Assembly (NCBI GenBank): GCA_051439605.1
Contig: JBFRWN010000124.1
Coordinates: forward strand, 32,001 to 96,000
Reading direction: 5' to 3'
Source: Synechococcus sp.
GTDB taxonomy: Bacteria; Cyanobacteriota; Cyanobacteriia; Thermostichales; PCC-7336
Length of the DNA stretch: 64,000 nucleotides
The notes below the pieces were generated by a model, which was not told the origin of the DNA, made no database searches, and was given only the letters and a program-made list of their open reading frames with translations. Positions 43,451-52,475 of this stretch are shown here, in pieces. Numbering within the stretch: the stretch's first letter is position 1; every line of letters begins with the position of its first letter. Made by a program: the position numbers and the translations under genes.

Positions 43451-44419
43451 ATGGCACGTGAATTTAAAATTGGGTCTCGAAAAAGTGAACTTGCCCTAGT
43501 TCAGTCCCGCTGGGTGCAGTCAGAACTGAGCCAGTATCACGCTGACTCAACTTTTGAGCTGGTAACAATGGAAACGCAGGGTGACATCATTCTGGATGTG
43601 GCACTGGCCAAGATTGGCGACAAAGGGTTATTCACCAAGGAACTTGAGGTGGGTATGCTCAACCATCAAACCGACTTCGCAGTGCACAGTTTGAAGGATT
43701 TGCCCACAAACTTACCTGAAGGGCTAATGCTGGGGGCGATTACTGCTCGGGAGAATCCGGCGGATGCTTTGGTCTTGCACGAGAAGCATGCGGGTGCCAC
43801 GATTGATACCTTGCCCAAAGGAGCTGTGGTGGGCACCTCTTCCCTGCGTCGTCTGGCGCAGTTGCGGCACCACTATCCCCATCTAGAGTTCAAAGATATT
43901 CGAGGCAACCTCAACACCCGCCTGCGCAAGCTCGATGCTGGAGAGTATGACGCCATTATCTTGGCGGTTGCTGGTTTAGAACGCTTGGGAATGGGCGATC
44001 GCATTTCTCAAGTGTTGCCCGCAGAGGTCTCTTTACATGCCGTTGGTCAGGGTGCTTTGGGAATTGAATGTCGAGATGGTGACGAAGAAGTATTGAAGGT
44101 ACTGCAACCTCTTGTGAACGTGGAATCCACCCGCCGCTGTTTGGCTGAACGGGCATTTTTACGTCAGCTCGAGGGGGGATGTCAAGTACCCATTGGGGTT
44201 AACAGCGAAGTGGTTGTTGGGGAAGGTGGTGACGTTGTGAAGCTCACTGGCATGGTGGCTAGCTTAGATGGTCAGCGTCTAATTCGGGATTCTGCGACGG
44301 GAACTGCTGACGATCCTGAAGCGGTGGGCATCGAGTTAGCTAAAATGCTGCGTAAGCAGGGGGCGACTGAAATTTTGAATGATATTTTTGCCACTCTTGA
44401 CCGCGAGGCCGTCAAGTAG
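43451..44419 (+). CDS. hemC: Hydroxymethylbilane synthase
   Basis: [52 protein letters not shown] at 43451. Confidence 0.98.
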   Translation: MAREFKIGSRKSELALVQSRWVQSELSQYHADSTFELVTMETQGDIILDVALAKIGDKGLFTKELEVGMLNHQTDFAVHSLKDLPTNLPEGLMLGAITARENPADALVLHEKHAGATIDTLPKGAVVGTSSLRRLAQLRHHYPHLEFKDIRGNLNTRLRKLDAGEYDAIILAVAGLERLGMGDRISQVLPAEVSLHAVGQGALGIECRDGDEEVLKVLQPLVNVESTRRCLAERAFLRQLEGGCQVPIGVNSEVVVGEGGDVVKLTGMVASLDGQRLIRDSATGTADDPEAVGIELAKMLRKQGATEILNDIFATLDREAVK

Positions 44420-44501
44420 GCTTGCTCCTCCTTAGCCTCTGCGGATATTCAGCGTTGGGCTGATTGATGTCTTTTGGGGGATTCACCGTCAACCTCAACA
44501 A

Positions 44502-44532
44502 AGCCCCCCGCCTCTATTTTGAGACGGGGGCT
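44502..44532 (-). terminator. Hairpin terminator between convergent hemC and sigC
   Basis: AGCCCCCCGCCTC...GAGACGGGGGCT imperfect GC stem; short T-rich tail on minus. Confidence 0.55.
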
Positions 44533-44577
44533 GATTGCTAGGGACTCTGACACTGGGGACTACTAGGTTAATTGCGA

Positions 44578-45663
44578 TTAGGTCAATGCTTCTAGGTAAT
44601 CGCGAATCTTGTTGCGCCGTTTGGGTTGACGTAACTTTTGCAGCGCTTTGGATTCGATTTGGCGAACCCGCTCTCGTGAGAGCTCAAGCGCACGACCAAT
44701 TTCAGCCAAAGAGTAGGTACGACCGTCCTCTAAACCAAATCGCATCCGCAGAACATCCTGTTCGCGGGAAGTTAGCTCCTCCAGCAGCGTCTCTAGATCG
44801 CGACTGAGGGAGTTGCGAGTGACGAGTTCTTCAGGTGTAATATCCTCGGATTCTAAGAGATCTCCGAGCTCAGTGTCTTTATCCTTGCCCACTTTCGTTT
44901 CTAAGGAGACTGAACGTGGAACTTTCACTAGCAGTTCTCGCACTTGGGAAGGAGATAAGTCCATCTCGCGAGCAATATCTTCGATGGTTGCCGTGCGACC
45001 TTTAGTTTGAGAGATTTGCCGTTGGGCTTTTTTGATCTTGTTGAGCTTTTCTGTGATGTGGACAGGAAGTCGAATGGTGCGACTCTGGGTGGCGATCGCT
45101 CGGGTAATGCCTTGACGAATCCACCAGTAGGCGTAAGTGCTAAACCGATAGCCCTTGGTGGGGTCAAACTTTTCTACCGCCCGTTCCAGTCCTAGGGTGC
45201 CCTCCTGAATCAGGTCGAGTAATTCTAGACCGCGGTTTTGGTATTTTTTGGCGACAGACACCACTAGCCTGAGATTGGCTTTAATCATGTGATCTTTAGC
45301 ACGGGAACCTGTCCGCTCTAGCTGGCGCAACTCCTTGACGGGTAATTGCACTGCTTCTGCCCATTGCTCTAGAGAGGGGGGGACTTCCAAGCTTTCGGCT
45401 AACTCTTGGCGCTTCTCTAACAGAGCCATGTAGCGCTGTACTTTTTGAGCCAGGGCAACTTCTTCATCCCGACCCAAGAGTGGAACACGACCGATTTCTT
45501 GTAGGTAGAGACGGACAAGATCGGTAGACCGTCGGCTGCTGGGAGTTTTGCGAGTAGTTACTTCCTCATACTCTACTTCCACACCCGAATGAGTTGATTC
45601 GGTCGCGACAACAGTATCTTCGCGATCGTTTTCGTATTCGATGTTGTATGGTGTTACTGGCAT
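44578..45663 (-). CDS. sigC: Group 2 sigma70 factor SigC
   Basis: TDLVRLYLQEIGRVPLLGRDEEV, NLRLVVSVAKKYQNRG, KFDPTKGYRFSTYAYWWIRQ, SRERVRQIE; probable ATG 45663. Confidence 0.88.
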   Translation of the reverse strand: MPVTPYNIEYENDREDTVVATESTHSGVEVEYEEVTTRKTPSSRRSTDLVRLYLQEIGRVPLLGRDEEVALAQKVQRYMALLEKRQELAESLEVPPSLEQWAEAVQLPVKELRQLERTGSRAKDHMIKANLRLVVSVAKKYQNRGLELLDLIQEGTLGLERAVEKFDPTKGYRFSTYAYWWIRQGITRAIATQSRTIRLPVHITEKLNKIKKAQRQISQTKGRTATIEDIAREMDLSPSQVRELLVKVPRSVSLETKVGKDKDTELGDLLESEDITPEELVTRNSLSRDLETLLEELTSREQDVLRMRFGLEDGRTYSLAEIGRALELSRERVRQIESKALQKLRQPKRRNKIRDYLEALT

Positions 45664-46133
45664 ATTCAGGTGACCTGCCTCATGGAGTTGCCGGTAGCTC
45701 GAAGCCAATAGATGTAAGCGGCCGAGCATAAAGACAATAAAGTTGTCCAGATAGCCTTCGGGAAACCTTCTCCCTTTCCTCGCTGGACGACTCGATTAAG
45801 AAGCACTGGGGAAAATCTAGCTTGCTGTTTCGCTGAATTGATTCCTCGGATACTCGTGCCTTTATCATTATTGTAATCTGATTTATGTACCTCCCGCGTG
45901 GGTGGTACCGCACGAGAATGCGTGATATTTAGCCTGTCTGTGTACTGTAAACCGTGTACTTTTTTGTCTCAGATCTGCTGGTATTGCATTTTTCCCTCAT
46001 CCAAGGAATTCGACCAAACCCTTCGACCTATCTAGAAACTGCTGAGGTTGTGGGTGGTTGCCCGGTTACAACTGTGCGAGATCGAGAGTGCGGGTGGCTG
46101 AGACTATTAACAATTGCTAAGTAGGGTAGGACT

Positions 46134-46694
46134 ATGGATGACACTGCGATTGCAACCGATACTTTGGCGTCTGCCCAGTTGACGACAGTTTCTACATTGA
46201 TTATGACGGTGCTGTTACTCGTCGGGCTGTTCTTTTTTATTCGGGCCTCGGGTAAAGATCGAACGGAGATTCGCCGCTATTTGAGCCAGGAATCTGTGGA
46301 AGAGGTAGGTCAGACTCTGCGAGGTTATCTGAATCAACGCTCTTACCAAATAGTGGATACCGATGAGACTGGGTTAGCTACCTTTGTTGGACAGGCGCGG
46401 CCCAGCGGTTTCTTGACGGGTTTGCTCTCCCTGTTAGCGGGAGTGGGATTGTTATGCCTGGCCCTAGTGCTTCAGGTGCTGAAACCGGAGTTGGGTGGAC
46501 TGCCCTATTTCCTTATTCTGGGGGCACCTTTTGGGGGATGGTACTACCGAAAGAAGTCAACTCGAGAGGAGACCCTCAAGCTGAGAGTAAGCGAATCTGA
46601 AGTCATCGGACAGTCGACGCTCGATATTCAAGGACACCGCGATGAGCTGAATCTGTTGCCTGAGTTGTTGCAGCTGGAGGAGATCGAAGCCTAG
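46134..46694 (+). CDS. ccb1: Cofactor assembly of complex C subunit B, CCB1 (DUF3529)
   Basis: GLFFFIRASxKDRT, FVGQARPS, YYxKKSxRxE, QGHRDEL. Confidence 0.85.
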   Translation: MDDTAIATDTLASAQLTTVSTLIMTVLLLVGLFFFIRASGKDRTEIRRYLSQESVEEVGQTLRGYLNQRSYQIVDTDETGLATFVGQARPSGFLTGLLSLLAGVGLLCLALVLQVLKPELGGLPYFLILGAPFGGWYYRKKSTREETLKLRVSESEVIGQSTLDIQGHRDELNLLPELLQLEEIEA

Positions 46695-46726
46695 CTCGAT
46701 TAATACTTGGTTTCTGAAAGAGAGTT

Positions 46727-47278
46727 TTACAAGGCAATGCCACCTGCTGAAGTTTTGGAGCTTAAGACTGCCGATGGGAGGCGAGGGGGAGTGTAATCAG
46801 CTGAAGATAGCTTTAGGTGTATGAAGGCTATGCGCGCACCATAGAAGCTACGGGCTTCCTCGATCTCGTAGGGGGCAAAACCTAGGCGATTGTCGAGAAT
46901 TAAGGCAGGACTGTTGAAGTTGATGACGGAAATGCGTACTTCTAGAAGTCCATGGCTGAGAAAGCAGCGTTTTAGCATGTGGTGTACGAGTTATTTTCTG
47001 AAACCCCGACCGCGGTGCTGAGGGTGAATGACAACGTTGCCCATAAAGGCGAGCTTCTCTGGGATGAATTGGGAGAGGTTGCTAAATCCTACGATGCGAT
47101 CGCCATCCACCACAGAGGTTAAGTCAACGCGAACTCGCGCAATCTCTTCCAACTGCTCTATGGTCATGGGAAAGTTGCCGCTAGGATAAATCAGCTGCAT
47201 TTCGGCACGACAGGTAAAGAGCTGGAAAATCTGGGGGGAGTCCGGTGGCTGGGTAGCTCGAAAGCTGATGAGAGACAT
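46727..47278 (-). pseudogene. GNAT acetyltransferase interrupted by an in-frame TAA at 46991-46993
   Basis: GNVVIHPQHRGRGFRK*LVHHML...NSPAL..NRLGF reads as one frame. Confidence 0.8.
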
Positions 47279-47390
47279 GAGCTAAACCTCTGGCGTGGGA
47301 CTCAGATGAATCGATAAACAAGCAGTCACAGAGCGCTAGCTGACCCAAGAAGGAAACAACAACTGGAGGAGGTGAAAAACTCAGCGATCG

Positions 47391-48686
47391 CTAACCGCCA
47401 CAGTTGCCCCCTAGGCGCTGCCGACATAAGGTCTGCTCTGCTGTGCTCAAATCTTCCCAGTTCACATCTCGACGTAGTACTTCCCCGTTGTGTCCCAGTA
47501 GCAAACGCGGTAGGCTTTCTTTCTCAATGGGATGGAGTGTGCGCATGTCGTAGGTGGTGTAGGTGGTGACATCGGGATCGTCAAAGTTGATGTCCATCAC
47601 CGTGATGGTTTTGCCAGGGGGGAGGTTGCTGTCAAGCAGGGAGCGAGGACCAGAGCCCAGAATTCCGGCATGCAGGAGTTGCAGTCTGCCTCGATGACCG
47701 GGGTAGTAGGCATGCTGGTGGCCGCTGATGTAGGTGTGCACTCTGTGGCGTTCCAACATATTTTGGAGTTCGCTGGCGTTGCTCATCACCTCACCGGGGC
47801 TATTACGGCCAACCGCCACGGCGAAGAGCGGTAGATGGCTGATGAGGATGCGTAGTTGGGCGGCTTGAGCCTCAGGACTGGCGAGGACTTCTTCAACCCA
47901 AGCTAGTTTGTCAGGGGGAATATAGCTGGATGACCCATCCCACACCAGAAAAAACACCCCCTGCTGTAGGAAGGTGTAGTAGAAAGGGAAATCTTCGCGA
48001 TCGACAAAATTGAGGTTGGGGTTGTGCTGTGGGTCGCGCCAGTATTCAGCCGCCAAATCCCGCTCCGTTTGAAACACAAAGGAGCCGTTGGTGCGGCGAG
48101 TGCTGGAGGCATCGTGATTGCCGAGAGAGAACCCCAGAGGAATGTTTAGGGTTCTGAGTGGGGCCGCGATATGGCTATCGAAAGCTGCCCACATAGCTTG
48201 GATGCGATCGCGACTGAGCGATGGACTTTGACCGGCCACCATATCGCCGCTGCTGAGGACGAGATCGGGCTTCCAAAAGGGCATGAGGGCTATGGCTTTG
48301 TCCACTTCAGGGTCGTAGTCTGTGGAGCCATAAGCGCTGTTAAGGTCGCTGATAATCGCCACCCGAACATCTCCTCGAGGGGGATTGAATACCCCCCCTG
48401 GAACGCTATTGACGATCGCCTGTGTTTCGGGTGGCAGCAGGTCTGGTGGTGTTGACTGAGGTTTTGTTTCTTCCGATGACTCTGTTGATGGTGAAAGTGG
48501 CGATCGCGAAGGTGTAGATTGGTTGCTCGCACTTGTGTCTGTGTACAAGTGGCCTGCAGAAGATAGTTCTCCGCCGCGATTGCTATCAAGGCGGGTAGAG
48601 GTTGAAACAACACCCGTTAAAATTCCAACTGCACCGCTCATTGCAATGCACGCGATCGCCAGCCCAAACTGCCAAGGAGTTCGCAC
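47391..48686 (-). CDS. Exported metallophosphoesterase
   Basis: ISDLNS, GDMVAG, GNHD, HLP, SGHQHAY; probable GTG start 48686 (the upstream in-frame part is IS-derived). Confidence 0.88.
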   Translation of the reverse strand: MRTPWQFGLAIACIAMSGAVGILTGVVSTSTRLDSNRGGELSSAGHLYTDTSASNQSTPSRSPLSPSTESSEETKPQSTPPDLLPPETQAIVNSVPGGVFNPPRGDVRVAIISDLNSAYGSTDYDPEVDKAIALMPFWKPDLVLSSGDMVAGQSPSLSRDRIQAMWAAFDSHIAAPLRTLNIPLGFSLGNHDASSTRRTNGSFVFQTERDLAAEYWRDPQHNPNLNFVDREDFPFYYTFLQQGVFFLVWDGSSSYIPPDKLAWVEEVLASPEAQAAQLRILISHLPLFAVAVGRNSPGEVMSNASELQNMLERHRVHTYISGHQHAYYPGHRGRLQLLHAGILGSGPRSLLDSNLPPGKTITVMDINFDDPDVTTYTTYDMRTLHPIEKESLPRLLLGHNGEVLRRDVNWEDLSTAEQTLCRQRLGGNCGG

Positions 48687-48752
48687 GAGGTTTTCCCGTC
48701 GACACACGCCCAAGGATACAGCGGATTTTCCGGATGGGTCAGGGGGATTACC

Positions 48753-49040
48753 TAGTACAGCTGGGCGGAAGTCAGTCAAGCATTCAAGCAGCCAGAGGTT
48801 TTCCCTTGTAAGTCCACCGGAAAGGCTTAGCCATGGTTCGGTTGAAGTAGTCAATAAACTCAAGGATGCGATGCCTGAGCTGGTCAGTACTGGAGAAACT
48901 GGAGCGTTTGAGTAGCTGGCGAACCAAAATGCTGAACCACAGTTGAATCTGGTTGAGCCAAGAGCAGTGCTTCAGAGTGAAGTGGACCACCAGCCGATGG
49001 GCTGGGTTACTCAAGAAGGCTGTCCGAGTCTGCATCGAAC
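48753..49040 (-). mobile_element. IS630-family remnant (transposase C-terminus plus probable right end)
   Basis: HFTLKHCSWLNQIQLWFSILVR...FIDYFNRTMAKPFRWTYKG; probable end TAGTACAGCTGGGCGGAA at 48753; left boundary approximate. Confidence 0.85.
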
Positions 49041-49189
49041 TATCAGGTCAATTTATTTATTCTTGTCAAGAACGCATTCCCCTCACCAAACTAGACGTCA
49101 CCCTCGTTTTGACCGACGTCTCCCTTGATTCGACCGAGGCTATCCTCGTTTTGAGCGATATCATCTGAAATATTCTTGGAGCACCATTA

Positions 49190-51709
49190 GTGTTAGCGAC
49201 GATACTGCGTTCAATCGCCAAAGTAGGTGTGACCGCAATGGTCGCGGGACTGTGTACTGCAATGGTCGGTACAATCGGAGCAAATGCAGCTGAAGAGATT
49301 CGCTTTTTTGTTAGAGGTGTTGAAGTCAAAGTTTCGGTTGACACCCTCGAAGCGTTTGCCACTACTGGCGAACTCACTGGAGAACTGGTCTCTTATGCCA
49401 GCTATGTAGACGACAGCTTGTTAGAGTGGCTGCAAGCTTTCCTCTCTGAAGAACGTGAGTGGCAGGTCGTGCCCCTAAGCCGCTTGCTCAATTCCTCGCT
49501 AGGGCGGGGCATTCTGGAGGAGCTGGGTGAGATTGTCAGGACCAATGCCAATTTGAATGGCCATCGAGCCCTAAGGGCAGCACTCATCGGGGCTGCTTCC
49601 GAACGTCCAGAGGGATGGACATCGATTGACGTTCTGCGCAGGTACCCATCAGATACTATTCGCATCGATAACGCCGCTCTAATGGAGATGCAGCGCCAGC
49701 TGACCATTCAAGATGAATACAGAGAGGCTGTAGTGGCGGCGATCGCCGAAAAAGCATCAAATAGCGCAACAGAAGCTGGAATCCAGGCCGAAATACAAAC
49801 CCTACCCACTGCAGCTGGCCCCTTTCAATTCATCCAAGCAACAGAAACCTTCAATTCCAATGCAATACGCCAAACGGGCGGGGGATTGACTGGGGGATAT
49901 AGCTTTGATGTTGATTTCTATATACCTGAAGAATCTGCTCGGCCAGCACCCCTAGTGGTCGTATCCCATGGATTTGGGTCCCTCAAAGAGAATTTAGTCT
50001 TTATTGCCGAACAACTTGCCACTTATGGCTTTGCTGTGGCCGTACCGGAACATGTCGGCAGCGACCTCAGGTATCGTGAAGAATTTTTCCAAGGCACCTT
50101 AAGTGCCGCCCTCAGCCCGCTGGAATTTCTCGATCGCCCCGGAGATATTTCGTTTTTGCTAGATGAGCTAGAACGTCTCAGTCAGTCCGATGAGTTCTGG
50201 TCCGATCGTATCGATTTGGAACGTATCGGAGTCATGGGGGTGTCTTTAGGGGGAACAACAGCCCTTTCACTTGCGGGAGCTCAGCTCAACCAAACGAGAC
50301 TCAGTCAAGATTGTGCGGCTCCGAGATTGAATCTCAATTTATCGCAAATTCTGCAATGCCAAGCCAGTTATTTGCCTCCTTTTAACGTTCAACTCGAAGA
50401 CCCGCGCATCGATGCGGCGATCGCCGCCCACGCGCTAAGCAGCTCCATCTTCGGTCCGGAAGGAATTGCTGAAATCGATATTCCCATCGCGTTGATTGCG
50501 GGCGGCGAGGATGCTGTCGCACCCGTCATACTTGAGCAAATCCATCCTTTTGTCTGGCTGACAGAACCAGAGAAGTACTTAGTCTTGCTCGAGCCAGGCA
50601 GCCATTGGGTCACAACCTTGCAACCCAACAGTGGCGGTTCCGAATCAATTCCAGATTTTTTGCGAGGGAATACATCCGATACCGGTCGCGAGTTTTTTAA
50701 AGGGTTCTCCGTTGCCTTTTTCAGCCGCTATTTGAACGGTGACGAAGCGTTCGCTCCCTATTTGAGTCAGCGATCGGTCACGGGCCAGGTGGGGGAATAT
50801 CCCCTAACCATGCATGTGATTCGGTCTTTAACTGCCGAAGAAATTTTGGAAAGCACCGGCCAACAGCCCCCCATCCCCATTGTTCCGGCACCGCTGACGG
50901 AGGACACTGTTGCAGTGGCCAGCGACAATCCAGTTCTGCAAGATATTTCTCAGAGTGGCGTGCTCAAGGTGGGTATTCGCCGGGATGCCAGCCCCTTCGG
51001 ATTTATCGATGCTGAAGGCCAGTGGACCGGGTATTGCACCGATCTGGCAGAAGCACTGGCACTACACCTCGAAACGGAACTCAACAGCGATATTTCAATT
51101 GACCCCGTGTACCTTCAGTCCACCCTAGAGAATCGCTTCGACTTAGTCCGCGAGCGCTCCATCCATTTAGAATGCGGTCCCAACACCATCCGCACCGATC
51201 TCGAAGGAATTGAATTTTCCAATCCCTTTTTCGTGACGGGGACTCAGTTCTTCACTCCAGATAGCAATGCCTCTGATATCAAGCCAACTCTAGACATGGC
51301 CGGTGTTGAAATTGGGGTTCTCGAAGGAAGCTTAACGGCAGAGTTTATTTCGAACCGCTATCCTCGGGCTGAGGCTATGGTTTTTGTGGGCGATCGCGGT
51401 CGCGAAGCAGCAATACAAGCTTTGGCTGCTGGAGAAATCGATGCCTTTGCCACAGATGGAATTCTGGCAGTAGGGGAAGCAATTACCCAACTGCTCCCGC
51501 TCGAAGATTACACGCTCATTCCACCGCGACCGTTAACCTGTGATTTTTACGGTTTCGTCCTGCCGGAAGGCGATCTCGAATGGCGGGATACGGTTAATCG
51601 TTGGCTTGATAGTGACGCTGATGATGCGGTTTGGGAACGATGGTTCGAAACCAATCTTCGAGAAGTAATCATTAATATTGACTTCTGTGTCAATCAGGGC
51701 GGCAACTAG
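49190..51709 (+). CDS. DUF1400 + alpha/beta hydrolase fused to a family-3 solute-binding domain
   Basis: AAEEI..LEAFATTG (DUF1400), VSHGFGS, PEHVGS, DRPGDISFLLD, GVSLGG; C-terminal LKVGIRRDASPFGF, RFDLV, LECG, IDAFATD. Confidence 0.85.
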   Translation: MLATILRSIAKVGVTAMVAGLCTAMVGTIGANAAEEIRFFVRGVEVKVSVDTLEAFATTGELTGELVSYASYVDDSLLEWLQAFLSEEREWQVVPLSRLLNSSLGRGILEELGEIVRTNANLNGHRALRAALIGAASERPEGWTSIDVLRRYPSDTIRIDNAALMEMQRQLTIQDEYREAVVAAIAEKASNSATEAGIQAEIQTLPTAAGPFQFIQATETFNSNAIRQTGGGLTGGYSFDVDFYIPEESARPAPLVVVSHGFGSLKENLVFIAEQLATYGFAVAVPEHVGSDLRYREEFFQGTLSAALSPLEFLDRPGDISFLLDELERLSQSDEFWSDRIDLERIGVMGVSLGGTTALSLAGAQLNQTRLSQDCAAPRLNLNLSQILQCQASYLPPFNVQLEDPRIDAAIAAHALSSSIFGPEGIAEIDIPIALIAGGEDAVAPVILEQIHPFVWLTEPEKYLVLLEPGSHWVTTLQPNSGGSESIPDFLRGNTSDTGREFFKGFSVAFFSRYLNGDEAFAPYLSQRSVTGQVGEYPLTMHVIRSLTAEEILESTGQQPPIPIVPAPLTEDTVAVASDNPVLQDISQSGVLKVGIRRDASPFGFIDAEGQWTGYCTDLAEALALHLETELNSDISIDPVYLQSTLENRFDLVRERSIHLECGPNTIRTDLEGIEFSNPFFVTGTQFFTPDSNASDIKPTLDMAGVEIGVLEGSLTAEFISNRYPRAEAMVFVGDRGREAAIQALAAGEIDAFATDGILAVGEAITQLLPLEDYTLIPPRPLTCDFYGFVLPEGDLEWRDTVNRWLDSDADDAVWERWFETNLREVIINIDFCVNQGGN

Positions 51710-51734
51710 AGATAGCCATCGAGTGACGGAAGCG

Positions 51735-51888
51735 TAAATATATTACAGCTATCAACTATTTGTAACTTCTTGAGAGTTGACAGGTAACTCCTCTTTGATG
51801 ACTCGTAATTCGATGTCCATCTGTAAGCGGCCTGACTGCTAGATGATTATGGGGGCAGCATAAATACATACTAGCTGTAATATATTTA
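51735..51888. repeat. 154-bp segment bounded by perfect 17-bp inverted repeats
   Basis: TAAATATATTACAGCTA (51735-51751) / TAGCTGTAATATATTTA (51872-51888). Confidence 0.85.
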
Positions 51889-51952
51889 TGATTCCCTGGC
51901 TCCTACGAACCAGACAACTCACGAGAACTGCTGAAGAGAGTGGCTAGCTCTT

Positions 51953-52126
51953 TCATTTCCTTAAAAACCAGGGCAGCTCTGCCCCAGAGAATGAAGCTCG
52001 TTCCATATCATTGAGCAACAGCAACAACTCCTGCCGAATGGCTTCGCGTTGATCGGGGTTTGGAGCGCAGGAAATTTCAGAGACAAGATCCCTGCAACGC
52101 TGGAATTGCTCGTGGGTGAGTCTCAT
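51953..52126 (-). CDS. Putative 57-aa small protein (not in the ORF track)
   Basis: Hand translation: MRLTHEQFQRCRDLVSEISCAPNPDQREAIRQELLLLLNDMERASFSGAELPWFLRK*. Confidence 0.45.
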   Translation of the reverse strand: MRLTHEQFQRCRDLVSEISCAPNPDQREAIRQELLLLLNDMERASFSGAELPWFLRK

Positions 52127-52306
52127 CGCTGAAAACCAAATAATGGCTTGACTGCTTCGTGCTTAGTGCCGAACAAATAAGTGTGCAAGGTGTTTGTACT
52201 GGCTCTCGTGAATTTGTTAATACGACCAATAATACACAAATGTTGGATATGACATGCCAAGGTACAATTTTATACAAAAAATCTGCCGAGGACCTAACGG
52301 ACGATT

Positions 52307-52475
52307 GCCCCTTGGGGCTAATGCTATTAAGTGTCAGGTTCAACAAGAGGTCACTGAACTCCCAACCTTTGAATTCGCCATCTCCAAATTTTAGACAGAG
52401 TAAATTACGCATGACATTCCCCTAAACGCTCGTCAGGATGGATAATTACGAAGATTCGGTGTGTGAGGAAAAGAA
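52307..52475 (+). promoter_or_regulatory. Candidate cis-regulatory leader (SRP-RNA-like motifs, uORFs) of the decarboxylase gene
   Basis: TACAAT -10 at 52263; GGGGCTAATG..TTAAGTG, CCTTTGAA, CTCGTCAGGA..TACGAAGAT; uORFs 52321-52425 and 52438-52479. Confidence 0.5.

Noticed and set aside
51734..51746. NtcA site in GTAAATATATTAC
   Set aside because: Spacing is GTA-N7-TAC, not N8
52159..52425. 88-aa ORF as a full-length protein
   Set aside because: Its 5' half overlaps the probable promoter; only the part from ATG 52321 would be transcribed
52300..52460. Calling the decarboxylase leader a bona fide ffs (SRP RNA) gene
   Set aside because: The conserved CCGGAAGG/AGCAG Ffh-binding helix and long closing stem are absent
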